NCBI GenBank assembly: GCA_020354945.1
Contig: CP070655.1
Coordinates: 655,970-674,923, forward strand
Direction: 5' to 3'
From: Candidatus Omnitrophota bacterium
Lineage (GTDB): Bacteria > Omnitrophota > Gorgyraeia > JABMRG01 > JAFGKX01
DNA length: 18,954 nucleotides
How positions within the stretch are numbered: position 1 is the first letter of the stretch; every line of letters starts with the position of its first letter. This document shows positions 8,207-18,954 of the stretch, piece by piece. The position numbers were made by a program, and so were the translations under genes. The notes beneath the pieces are model-generated. The model was not told the DNA's origin and made no database searches. It saw only the letters and a list, made by a program, of their open reading frames with translations.

Positions 8207-9108
8207 TGGATCTGGCAGTAAAAATAGGAAAAATAAAGTTAAAAAACCCTATAATGGTTGCCTCAGGAACATTTGGCTATGCAGAAGAATTTAAGGATAT
8301 AACGGATTTAAAAGGCATAGGTGCAATTATAACAAAATCTGTAACCATGAAACCAAAGCAGGGGAACAAACCGCCGCGTTTATGGGAAACAACAGCAGGG
8401 CTCCTTAATTCAATAGGCCTTCAAAACGAAGGAGTAGAAGATTTTATCAAAAACAAACTCCCCTTTCTAAAGAGTGTCGGAGTGCCTGTAATTGTAAGCA
8501 TTGCAGGCGAGACAATTAACGAATATGCGCAGCTTGCAAAAAAATTGAATATCCCCGCCGTTTCTGGTCTTGAGATAAACATCTCCTGTCCAAATATCAA
8601 GACAAAACACAGATTGTTTGCGCAAGATGCTAAAGCAGCCGCATCAGCTGTGAAAGCGGTCAAGAAAAATACAAAAAAGACAACTATTACCAAACTTTCT
8701 CCGGAGGTGACAGATATTTGCGAGATTGCAAGAGCTGTTGAAAAGGGAGGTTCTGATGCAATTTCAGTAATAAATACAATAAAAGGCATGGCGGTGGACA
8801 TAGAAACCCAGAAGCCTCAATTGGGAGATATAACCGGAGGCCTAAGTGGCCCGGCCATAAAACCAGTAGCGCTGCGCATAGTTTGGGAAACAACTCAAAC
8901 AGTTAGGATACCTGTGATAGGGGTTGGCGGAATAATGACAGCAGACGACGCAATAGAGTTTTTATTATGCGGAGCAACTGCCGTGCAAATCGGTACTGCC
9001 AATTTCCTAAATCCACAGGCTGTGATAGCGGTAGCTGAAGGGATAGAAGCATACCTTAAAGAGAAAAATTTATCGAACCTAAAAGAAATTGTAGGAAGGC
9101 TGAAATAG
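8206..9108 (+). CDS. pyrD: Dihydroorotate dehydrogenase family 1B catalytic subunit
   Basis: KNPIMVASGTFG, NSIGLQN, EINISCPN (catalytic Cys) and GGLSGPAIKP motifs. Confidence 0.97.
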   Translation: MDLAVKIGKIKLKNPIMVASGTFGYAEEFKDITDLKGIGAIITKSVTMKPKQGNKPPRLWETTAGLLNSIGLQNEGVEDFIKNKLPFLKSVGVPVIVSIAGETINEYAQLAKKLNIPAVSGLEINISCPNIKTKHRLFAQDAKAAASAVKAVKKNTKKTTITKLSPEVTDICEIARAVEKGGSDAISVINTIKGMAVDIETQKPQLGDITGGLSGPAIKPVALRIVWETTQTVRIPVIGVGGIMTADDAIEFLLCGATAVQIGTANFLNPQAVIAVAEGIEAYLKEKNLSNLKEIVGRLK

Positions 9109-9177
9109 CGTTATTGGGTTGTGCGTTATAGCGTTATAGAGTTAGTAGATTCCAAACGCAATAGCGCAATAACGAAC
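9105..9177. repeat. Octamer inverted tandem array, family B (ATAGCGTT / AACGCWAT)
   Basis: atagcgtt attgggtt gtgcgtt atagcgtt atagagtt | agtagattcca | aacgcaat agcgcaat aacgaac. Confidence 0.85.
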
Positions 9178-9182
9178 ACGAG

Positions 9183-9884
9183 ATGAACAAAAGATTAATA
9201 GTTGCCTTAGATGCCGATAGTTTTAAAAAAGCAAAAAATTTTGTGGATGAGCTTTATCCCACAGTAAAAATTTTTAAAGTCGGAAGCGAACTCTTTACTG
9301 CTGCAGGGCTTGAAGCAGTAAAAATGATAAAGGCAAAAGGGGCCGCGGTTTTCTTGGATTTAAAATTCCATGATATACCGAACACAGTAGCAAAAACAGT
9401 AAAAGCCGCAGCAAAACTTAAACCGTTGATGTTAAATATTCACGCATCAGGCGGTCCAGATATGATTAAGGCAGCTTCCGCAAGCATAAAATCATTGCCT
9501 AAAGATAAAAGGCCGGTTCTTTTAGCAGTTACAGTTTTAACTAGCATAGATAAAAGCACATTACGCAGGTTGGGCGTTAGCCGCTCGCCAGTTAAACAGG
9601 TTGTTTATTTAGCAAAATTGGCAAAAACTTGTGGAGCAAACGGCATTGTTTGCTCTCCAAAAGAAATACAGGCAGTAAGGCAATCTTGCGGTAAAAAATT
9701 TATTATTGTAACAGCAGGGATTAGGCCAGCAGGGAAGAGTAGTTTTGACCAGAGACGAATAGCAACACCGGCATGGGCAATAAAAAAGGGAGCGGATTTC
9801 ATTGTTGTGGGAAGGCCGATAACTAAAGCCAGGAACCATAGAAAAGCAGCAGAGGAGATAATTGAACATATTAAAACTGCTTAA
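9183..9884 (+). CDS. pyrF: Orotidine-5'-phosphate decarboxylase
   Basis: LIVALD, FKVG, FLDLKFHDIPNT (DxKxxD), VTVLTS and VVGRPI motifs. Confidence 0.97.
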   Translation: MNKRLIVALDADSFKKAKNFVDELYPTVKIFKVGSELFTAAGLEAVKMIKAKGAAVFLDLKFHDIPNTVAKTVKAAAKLKPLMLNIHASGGPDMIKAASASIKSLPKDKRPVLLAVTVLTSIDKSTLRRLGVSRSPVKQVVYLAKLAKTCGANGIVCSPKEIQAVRQSCGKKFIIVTAGIRPAGKSSFDQRRIATPAWAIKKGADFIVVGRPITKARNHRKAAEEIIEHIKTA

Positions 9885-10425
9885 AAAAACCGGCGCATTA
9901 TTGGAAGGACATTTTATTCTATCGAGCGGCTTACACAGTGGAAAATATGTACAATGCGCCTCTGTTTTAAAATATCCAAAGCATGCCCAGAGTTTATGCA
10001 GGCAGCTTGCCGCTAAGTTTAAAGGTAAAAAAATAGATGCTGTAATAGCGCCTGCAATAGGGGGAATTTTGGTCTCTTATGAACTTGCCAGAGCTTTGGG
10101 CACTCGTTCCATTTTTGCAGAAAGAAAAAATGGACAGATGCGCCTCAGGAGAAACTTTGAAATAAAAAAGAGTGAAAAAGTTCTGGTAGCTGAAGACGTG
10201 ATAACAACAGGCGGCTCCACAGGTGAGGTTATAGATTTAGTTAAGGGTTTAGGCGGGGAAGTTGTTGCCGCAGCTTGTATAATCGACAGGTCAGGGGAAA
10301 AGAATCTATTCGGAAGCATTAGATTAAACAGTCTATGTAAGATGAGAATAAAGACTTACCCTGCCGAAAAATGCCCTTTATGCAAGAAGAATATTCCGGT
10401 TGATAAACCTGGTTCGAGACTATAA
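9862..10425 (+). CDS. pyrE: Orotate phosphoribosyltransferase
   Basis: GHFILSSGLHS and the PRPP-binding loop VAEDVITTGGS. TTG start with AGAGGAG at 9851-9857; overlaps pyrF by 23 nt. Confidence 0.95.
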   Translation: MNILKLLKKTGALLEGHFILSSGLHSGKYVQCASVLKYPKHAQSLCRQLAAKFKGKKIDAVIAPAIGGILVSYELARALGTRSIFAERKNGQMRLRRNFEIKKSEKVLVAEDVITTGGSTGEVIDLVKGLGGEVVAAACIIDRSGEKNLFGSIRLNSLCKMRIKTYPAEKCPLCKKNIPVDKPGSRL

Positions 10426-10427
10426 AT

Positions 10428-10673
10428 ATGCCTGAGTTTGACCTTACCATAGCTACTCCCCAAAAGCAGCTTTTTAAAGATAAAGCAGAGTCTGTTAATG
10501 CCCCTTCAGAAGAAGGCTATATGACAATACTAGCCGGCCATGCCCCCCTGCTTGCCAATTTGACTAAAGGCAAAGTCACCATCAAGGCTGCTACCGACAC
10601 AAAAGAATTTGACATAACAGGCGGCTTCATAGAAGTAAATGAAAAAGGCGTAATCATTCTGGTAAAGCAATAA
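10428..10673 (+). CDS. atpC: ATP synthase epsilon subunit, N-terminal beta-sandwich only
   Basis: LTIATP, APSEEGYMTILAGHAPL and ITGGFIEV; stops at 81 aa with no C-terminal helices. Confidence 0.92.
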   Translation: MPEFDLTIATPQKQLFKDKAESVNAPSEEGYMTILAGHAPLLANLTKGKVTIKAATDTKEFDITGGFIEVNEKGVIILVKQ

Positions 10674-10691
10674 TGCTGTAGTTTTCCTTGC

Positions 10692-10720
10692 TTGACATTT
10701 TTATTATTAAATGTTATTTT
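10692..10720 (+). promoter_or_regulatory. Putative sigma70-type promoter for atpZ...atpD
   Basis: TTGACA (10692-10697), 17-nt spacer, TG at 10712-10713, TATTTT (10715-10720). Confidence 0.7.
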
Positions 10721-10726
10721 ACTTCT

Positions 10727-10939
10727 ATGGCTAAGAATATATTATACTACTTCGGTTTAATCACCCAGGTTGGCTTGACTATTATATTCACTCTTTTAAT
10801 AGCCCTTTTTATCGGCCGATATTTAGATGAAAAGTTTGGTCTAAACGGCATCTTTACTATCTTTTTTATCTTTATCGGCATAGGGGCCGGTTTCTTTTCT
10901 GTTTATAAGCAGATTATTGATAAATATGATAAAAGATGA
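10727..10939 (+). CDS. AtpZ/AtpI (ATPase gene 1 / AtpQ-like) two-helix membrane protein
   Basis: QVGLTIIFTLLIALFIGRYLDEKFG...FIFIGIGAGFFSVY matches the family GxxLD pattern. ATG 10727 is preferred because the longer ORF start at 10688 runs through the promoter. Confidence 0.85.
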   Translation: MAKNILYYFGLITQVGLTIIFTLLIALFIGRYLDEKFGLNGIFTIFFIFIGIGAGFFSVYKQIIDKYDKR

Positions 10940-11309
10940 TTTTGCCAGATTCAGGCTGGATATTCTTGCTAAATCTTTCGCAGCCGGGGCAGTTATTATA
11001 ATGGCAGGGTTGCTTTTTAAGCAAAGGCTTTTTTCTCTCGGATATTTAATAGGTCTTTTAGTCAGTATTGCGCATTTTTCCAATATGTACAGCAATATAA
11101 GAGCGATTTCGAATCTAGGAATCAAAAGAGTAAAACTTTTTTTGGCCACAAGATACCTTTCCTTTTATGTTATCCTTGCATTTGTACTGGTGGCAACTTT
11201 TTTAAAAGATAAATCTATGTTTGCCGGCGCAGTGGCAGGATTTTTATCTATAAAGATAGTTATTTATGTAAATGCGTTTATAAGCAAAAGATGGATCCCT
11301 CACCCTTAG
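10926..11309 (+). CDS. atpI: ATP synthase subunit I-like four-helix membrane protein
   Basis: Four hydrophobic segments, G..IG.LVS..HF and RYL patterns, and position upstream of the Fo genes. The start could be 10917 or 10926. Confidence 0.75.
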   Translation: MIKDDFARFRLDILAKSFAAGAVIIMAGLLFKQRLFSLGYLIGLLVSIAHFSNMYSNIRAISNLGIKRVKLFLATRYLSFYVILAFVLVATFLKDKSMFAGAVAGFLSIKIVIYVNAFISKRWIPHP

Positions 11310-11319
11310 ACAATTCAAA

Positions 11320-11359
11320 ATGAATATATAAAAGGTGGGGGATGAATATATAAAAGGTG
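11320..11359 (+). repeat. Exact 18-bp direct repeat (22-nt period)
   Basis: ATGAATATATAAAAGGTG at 11320-11337 and 11342-11359. Confidence 0.95.
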
Positions 11360-11363
11360 CGAG

Positions 11364-11609
11364 GTGGACACAGTAGAGCTTATCAAAATAGTTTCTCTCG
11401 TTGGAGCGGGAGCCTGTATGGGATTTGGCGCAATAGGCCCGGCAGTGGGCACAGGCCTAACCGGCGCTGAAGGTGCAAAAGCAATGGCTGACAGGCCCGA
11501 TATGAGTGTGCAGATAATGAGGACTATGCTTATTGCTATGGCTATAACAAGTTCGACAGGGATATATTCGCTGGTAATTGCGATATTGTTGCTATTCAGG
11601 ATAACTTAA
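11364..11609 (+). CDS. atpE: ATP synthase c-subunit paralogue lacking the ion-binding carboxylate
   Basis: GAGACMGFGAIGPAVGTG glycine-zipper helix and [21 protein letters not shown], collinear with the second c subunit; GTG start. Confidence 0.88.
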   Translation: MDTVELIKIVSLVGAGACMGFGAIGPAVGTGLTGAEGAKAMADRPDMSVQIMRTMLIAMAITSSTGIYSLVIAILLLFRIT

Positions 11610-11650
11610 TCAGTTATCAGTCACCAGTGCTGAAAACTGAAAACTGAAAA
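11609..11650. repeat. Heptamer inverted tandem array, family A
   Basis: atcagtt atcagtc accagt | gctgaaa actgaaa actgaaa a ATG. Confidence 0.87.
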
Positions 11651-12373
11651 ATGAATGTAGCTCAGATAGAAACTATAACTTTTACATTGCCGGGACTCCC
11701 CTTTATTTTTAAGATAAATCCTAACACCCTTCTAACAACCTGGATTGTAATAGCCGCACTTTTATTATTGGGCATTTTAATTAGACAGATTTCTAAATTG
11801 ATACCCGGCAAACTGCAGACAGCGGTTGAATATATACTCGAGTATTTTTTAGATTTTTCTAAGCAGTCAATTGGTGAAGACTGGAAGAAATTCTTTCCTC
11901 TGGTAACGACTCTATTTTTATTTGTAGTAGTATCTAATTGTATATGCGTAATACCCGGAGTAAAATCTCCCACATCGGATTTAAATACTTGTCTGGGCTT
12001 AGGGCTTATGGTTTTTGTTATAGTGCATATTTCCGCCATAAGACATAAAGGATTAGTTAATTATATAAAAGGGTATTTTAGGCCATTTTTTTTCTTTTTT
12101 CCGTTGAATGTTTTAGGAGACCTTGGCAAAGCAATATCGCATTCTTTCAGGCTGTTCGGGAATATGTTCGCAGGAGGAATAATAATTGCCCTGGTCGGCC
12201 CGATTGCATTTAAGGTTGGAGGAATTTTAGCAATACCAAAAGCAGCCACATCCCCAATCGTTATACTGCTTTCAGTAATAGCCCAGGGTTTTTACGGGAT
12301 ATTCATAGGGATAATACAGGCATTCGTGTTTGCGGTATTGGCATTGACATATATTGCTGTGGCAAGGGAGTAA
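11651..12373 (+). CDS. atpB: ATP synthase Fo subunit a
   Basis: PGKLQ, PTSDLN, SFRLFGNMFAG (essential Arg) and IQAFVF motifs. Confidence 0.96.
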   Translation: MNVAQIETITFTLPGLPFIFKINPNTLLTTWIVIAALLLLGILIRQISKLIPGKLQTAVEYILEYFLDFSKQSIGEDWKKFFPLVTTLFLFVVVSNCICVIPGVKSPTSDLNTCLGLGLMVFVIVHISAIRHKGLVNYIKGYFRPFFFFFPLNVLGDLGKAISHSFRLFGNMFAGGIIIALVGPIAFKVGGILAIPKAATSPIVILLSVIAQGFYGIFIGIIQAFVFAVLALTYIAVARE

Positions 12374-12376
12374 AGG

Positions 12377-12764
<388 letters not shown>

Positions 12765-12765
<1 letters not shown>

Positions 12766-12835
12766 ACAGTAATCAGTTTTCGGTCTTCAGTTTTCAGCAA
12801 CTGACGGCTGATGGCTGACAGCTGATAACTGAAAA
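12765..12835. repeat. Heptamer inverted tandem array, family A (5+5 units)
   Basis: aacagta atcagtt ttcggtc ttcagtt ttcagca | actgacg gctgatg gctgaca gctgata actgaaa a ATG. Confidence 0.92.
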
Positions 12836-13315
12836 ATGAACCTAAATTTAACTTTAATACTTCAAATAATAAGCTTCCTTATTTTAATGGGGCTTTTGGC
12901 CAAGTTTTTGTATAAACCCCTGATAAAAATTTTAGAACAGAGAAGCTCACAGATTGCAAAAAACATAGAAGATGCCAAACACTCCCAGGAAGAGGCAAGG
13001 CGATACGCTAAAGAAACACATCAGGCCCTAAATATGGCTAAAGAAGAAGCGTTAAGAATAGAGGGACAAACCCGCAAAGACGCGGATTCGACAAGAAGAG
13101 GTATGCTAAATGAGGCAAAGAAGGAATATATATCTATAATCGATAAAGCCAAAAAGCAGATAGAGAAAGAGACCGATCGCGCAAGATTAAAATTAAAACA
13201 AGATATAGCCGATGTATCTTTAGAGATTGCCAAAAAGATTTTAGAAAAAGAAATAACTAAAAAGGACCACGAAAGATTGATCGATAAGTCTATCAAGGAA
13301 ATCGGCGATGGATAA
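12836..13315 (+). CDS. atpF: ATP synthase Fo subunit b
   Basis: N-terminal TM helix, FLYKPLIKILEQR motif, then a long charged coiled coil. Confidence 0.95.
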   Translation: MNLNLTLILQIISFLILMGLLAKFLYKPLIKILEQRSSQIAKNIEDAKHSQEEARRYAKETHQALNMAKEEALRIEGQTRKDADSTRRGMLNEAKKEYISIIDKAKKQIEKETDRARLKLKQDIADVSLEIAKKILEKEITKKDHERLIDKSIKEIGDG

Positions 13316-13850
13316 TCTTGAACAGCTTCATGAAAGATACGCAAAGGCATTATTTAATTTTGGAAAAGATACCCATGCCATAGATAAAATAATGCAGGAC
13401 ATTGAGACGTTAACGCACATTATTCGCTCAAACGGTGAATTTTCGAGGCTCTTAAGGCATCCCGAAATAGGCAAGGATGAGAAATTAAAGGTCTTAAAAG
13501 CAGTGTCCAGGATATATAGATTCTGTGATGGTTTTATGGATTTTTTAAAACTCCTGATTAGAAAAAATAGATTGAATTTAATACATGGGGTATTTTTACG
13601 TCACCGCGATTATTATGACATGGAAAGAAAAAAGGTAAAAGTATTTATAAGAAGCGCCGTTGAACTTACCCGAGCTCAGATAAATAAACTATCCGGGCAT
13701 CTGCGTAGTTTTTTAAAAGAGGAGATTATTTTGGATGCAGAGGTAGACCCGTCGTTAATAGGAGGGCTTTTTCTAAAAGTTCATGAGAGAATATATGATG
13801 CATCTGTAAAAGGCGTGTTAAACGGTATAAATAAAAGGTTGGCGGAATGA
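13308..13850 (+). CDS. atpH: ATP synthase F1 subunit delta
   Basis: [31 protein letters not shown] and YDAS motifs. Confidence 0.94.
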   Translation: MDNLEQLHERYAKALFNFGKDTHAIDKIMQDIETLTHIIRSNGEFSRLLRHPEIGKDEKLKVLKAVSRIYRFCDGFMDFLKLLIRKNRLNLIHGVFLRHRDYYDMERKKVKVFIRSAVELTRAQINKLSGHLRSFLKEEIILDAEVDPSLIGGLFLKVHERIYDASVKGVLNGINKRLAE

Positions 13851-15373
13851 AAATCAAACCGGAAGAAATAAGCTCAATCATAAAAAAACAGATAGAAGAT
13901 TATAAAAAAAGGACAGATACGGCCGAAGTAGGTACGGTTATAGAAGCAGGGGACGGCATAGTTAGAATATACGGCCTTAATAATGCTGTGTCTGGGGAAC
14001 TTTTACTTTTTCCTAATGATATATACGGGATGGCGCTTAATTTAGAAGAAGAAACTGTTGGCGCCTGTGTATTTGGCGAGGACAAATATATAAAAGAAGG
14101 GACCCAGGTAAGGCTAACCGGAGAAGTTGCCCGGGTAAAAGTAGGGGATGAACTTATAGGAAGGGTATTGAATGGTTTAGGCGAACCTATAGACGGAAAA
14201 GGCCCCCTTAAGACTAAAAAAACAAAACCTATAGAGGAAACAGCTCCCGGCGTGGTCAAGCGTCAACCTGTAAAAGAACCTTTACAGACAGGCCTTAAGG
14301 CCGTAGATTCTATGATTCCTATAGGCTGCGGGCAAAGAGAACTTATAATAGGAGACAGGCAAACAGGTAAGACCGCAATGGCGGTAGATACAATAATAAA
14401 CCAAAGAGATAAAGGCATAATATGCATCTATGTTGCTATAGGAGGAAAGAATTCCTCAATTGCCCGGGTTGTAGATACGTTCGAGAAATATAAAGCAATG
14501 GATTATACAATAGTAATAAGTGCCTCTGCCAGCGACCCCACCCCTTTACAATATTTAGCCCCATATACAGGCTGCGCCATAGGGGAATTCTTCAGAGATA
14601 ATGAACGGCACGCCTTAATAGTTTATGATGATTTAACCAAGCATGCCAAGTGTTATCGAGAATTATCTTTGATTCTAAGACATCCTCCCGGAAGGGAAGC
14701 ATATCCAGGCGATATATTCTACTGCCACTCTAGACTACTTGAGCGGGCCTGCAAATATGCCGATGAATACGGAGCAGGCTCATTGACCGCTCTTCCAATA
14801 ATAGAAACACAGGCAGGCGATGTTACTACCTATATACCGACCAATGTTATTTCTATAACCGACGGGCAAATCTATCTGGAGACAAATCTTTTTTATCAGG
14901 GAGTAAGGCCTGCCGTAAATGTCGGTTTAAGCGTCTCCAGAGTAGGCGGCCAGGCCCAGATCAAAGCGATGAAGCAAATTGCCGGTTCATTGCGCCTTGA
15001 ACTTGCCCAATACAGAGAGATGGAGGCATTTGCGCGATTTGGCACAGAACTGGATAAGGCTACAGTGGGAATGCTTGAAAGGGGCAAACGTTTAGTGGAA
15101 CTCCTAAAACAGCCACAATATAGACCAATACCGGTAGAGGAACAAATCCTCATTGTTTTCGCGGGAGTGGGTGGCTATATAGACAATATAGCTGTTGAGG
15201 AAGTTAGCCGCTTTGAAGAAGAATTGCTTAAATATGTAAGGGAAAATTACTCAGGCCTGTTAAGCGAGATAAAGACCAAGAAGGAATTATCGGATGATTT
15301 AAAAGCAAGGCTCGATGACGTCCTGGCAGAATTTAGAGGAAAGTTTATAAGCAGGGGGACAGGTCCCCATTAA
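13847..15373 (+). CDS. atpA: ATP synthase F1 subunit alpha
   Basis: GDRQTGKT Walker [11 protein letters not shown] and [13 protein letters not shown] motifs. Confidence 0.98.
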   Translation: MKIKPEEISSIIKKQIEDYKKRTDTAEVGTVIEAGDGIVRIYGLNNAVSGELLLFPNDIYGMALNLEEETVGACVFGEDKYIKEGTQVRLTGEVARVKVGDELIGRVLNGLGEPIDGKGPLKTKKTKPIEETAPGVVKRQPVKEPLQTGLKAVDSMIPIGCGQRELIIGDRQTGKTAMAVDTIINQRDKGIICIYVAIGGKNSSIARVVDTFEKYKAMDYTIVISASASDPTPLQYLAPYTGCAIGEFFRDNERHALIVYDDLTKHAKCYRELSLILRHPPGREAYPGDIFYCHSRLLERACKYADEYGAGSLTALPIIETQAGDVTTYIPTNVISITDGQIYLETNLFYQGVRPAVNVGLSVSRVGGQAQIKAMKQIAGSLRLELAQYREMEAFARFGTELDKATVGMLERGKRLVELLKQPQYRPIPVEEQILIVFAGVGGYIDNIAVEEVSRFEEELLKYVRENYSGLLSEIKTKKELSDDLKARLDDVLAEFRGKFISRGTGPH

Positions 15374-15374
15374 C

Positions 15375-17714
<2,340 letters not shown>

Positions 17715-17726
17715 GAGGAATTTATC

Positions 17727-18954
17727 ATGATAACGAGATACACCCTTCCTAAAATGGGGACTATCTGGACCGATAAAACAAAGTTTGAGAAGATGCTGGA
17801 CGTTGAAATAGCAGCAACTGAAGCATTGAGCAAAAAGGGAAAAATCCCAAAATCTGCGTTAACCAATATAAAGAAGAAAGCAAAATTTAATATCGACAGA
17901 ATAAGAGAATTAGAGCAAAAGGCCAATCATGATGTTGCTGCGTTTGTGTCTAATATACAAGAAAGCGTAGGAACCGATGGTCGATACCTGCATATGGGGC
18001 TTACCTCCAATGATGTTACAGATACGGCATTGGCCATTCAGATGAGAGACGCTGCAGATATTATACTAAAAGATTTAGAGGATTTTAATGAGGTATTAGG
18101 AAAAAAGGCAAAAAGATACAGACACACTCCGATGATAGGACGCACTCATGGCGTACATGCTGAACCTACTACATTTGGTCTTAAGATGGCTTTATATTAT
18201 GAAGAGACAAGGCGCAATATACAAAGAACAATGTCTGCTAAAGAGATAATTAGCGTGGGCAAGGTATCAGGTGCGGTTGGCACCTTTTCAAATACTGAGC
18301 CATCTGTTGAAGAATACGTCTGCAAAAAGTTAGACTTAAAGCCTGCGTTGGTTACAAATCAGGTTATACAAAGGGACAGGCACGCTCATTATTTAATCAC
18401 AATTGCTATTATTGCCGCTACATTAGAGAAACTGGCGGTAGACATAAGAGGACTTCAAAGGACAGAGATTCGCGAAGTAGAAGAATATTTCTCCCCTACG
18501 CAGAAAGGCTCATCGGCGATGCCCCATAAGCGCAATCCTATAACCTGCGAAAGAATTACAGGCCTGGCAAGATTACTTAGAGCCAACGCCCACGCATCAA
18601 TAGAAAACATTGCCTTATGGCATGAAAGAGATATTTCCCATTCTTCAGTTGAGAGAGTGATAATACCAGACTCTACTATATTGATAGATTATATGCTCAA
18701 TAAAATGACGGATATAGTACGCCACTTGATAGTCTATCCGAAGAAAATGTTAGAAAATTTAAATAAGACCGGAGGTCTTATATATTCACAAAAGCTGCTT
18801 ATTGCGCTTATAAATAAGGGCGTATCCCGAGATAAGGCCTACAGAATGATACAGCGGACCGCTATGAAAACCTTAGAGAGCGAAGAAGGCGATTTTAAGG
18901 AGAATCTGTTAAAAGATAAAGAGCTGCTTAAAGCCCTTAAGCCCAGTCAAATAG
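17727..18954 (+). CDS. purB: Adenylosuccinate lyase (3'-truncated by window edge; absent from ORF track)
   Basis: My translation from ATG 17727 gives MITRYTLPKMGTIWTD..., then GRTHGVHAEP and the signature QKGSSAMPHKRNP. SD GAGG at 17715-17718; the frame runs to the window edge. Confidence 0.96.
   Translation, partial: MITRYTLPKMGTIWTDKTKFEKMLDVEIAATEALSKKGKIPKSALTNIKKKAKFNIDRIRELEQKANHDVAAFVSNIQESVGTDGRYLHMGLTSNDVTDTALAIQMRDAADIILKDLEDFNEVLGKKAKRYRHTPMIGRTHGVHAEPTTFGLKMALYYEETRRNIQRTMSAKEIISVGKVSGAVGTFSNTEPSVEEYVCKKLDLKPALVTNQVIQRDRHAHYLITIAIIAATLEKLAVDIRGLQRTEIREVEEYFSPTQKGSSAMPHKRNPITCERITGLARLLRANAHASIENIALWHERDISHSSVERVIIPDSTILIDYMLNKMTDIVRHLIVYPKKMLENLNKTGGLIYSQKLLIALINKGVSRDKAYRMIQRTAMKTLESEEGDFKENLLKDKELLKALKPSQI

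Noticed and set aside
10688-10726. ORF-track start at 10688 for atpZ
   Set aside because: The extension runs through the predicted -35/-10 promoter elements and has no RBS.
11364-11609. atpE paralogue as a pseudogene or sequencing error
   Set aside because: The frame is intact and full length, packing glycines are conserved, and the Glu-to-Ser codon differs at all three bases. Decay cannot be fully excluded without homologues.
18951-18954. Terminal 'atag' as the purB stop codon
   Set aside because: In the purB frame it reads ATA G; the gene is simply cut by the window edge.

Overview
An AT-rich bacterial window with every real gene on the + strand. It runs: 3' end of glmS, rsmI and a stand-alone lpxA; then a PyrR-attenuated pyrimidine operon (pyrR-B-C-[flavodoxin, Mut7-C, EndoQ-like]-K-D-F-E, with no carAB); then an F-type, probably Na+-coupled ATP synthase cluster in the unusual order atpC-Z-I-E'-B-E-F-H-A-G-D; then the 5' part of purB, which the ORF track missed. 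lpxA indicates a diderm host; Omnitrophota/PVC is only my guess. Two signals stand out. (1) There are two c-subunit genes: one has a full two-carboxylate Na+ site, while the other has lost both ion-binding glutamates and has a charge-reversed loop, suggesting a heteromeric c-ring. (2) Most of the longer intergenic spacers are filled by 7- or 8-nt tandem arrays, mostly arranged as inverted arms. They fall into several sequence families, and one family always ends exactly at the next start codon. No CRISPR array, tRNA, rRNA or transposase was seen.
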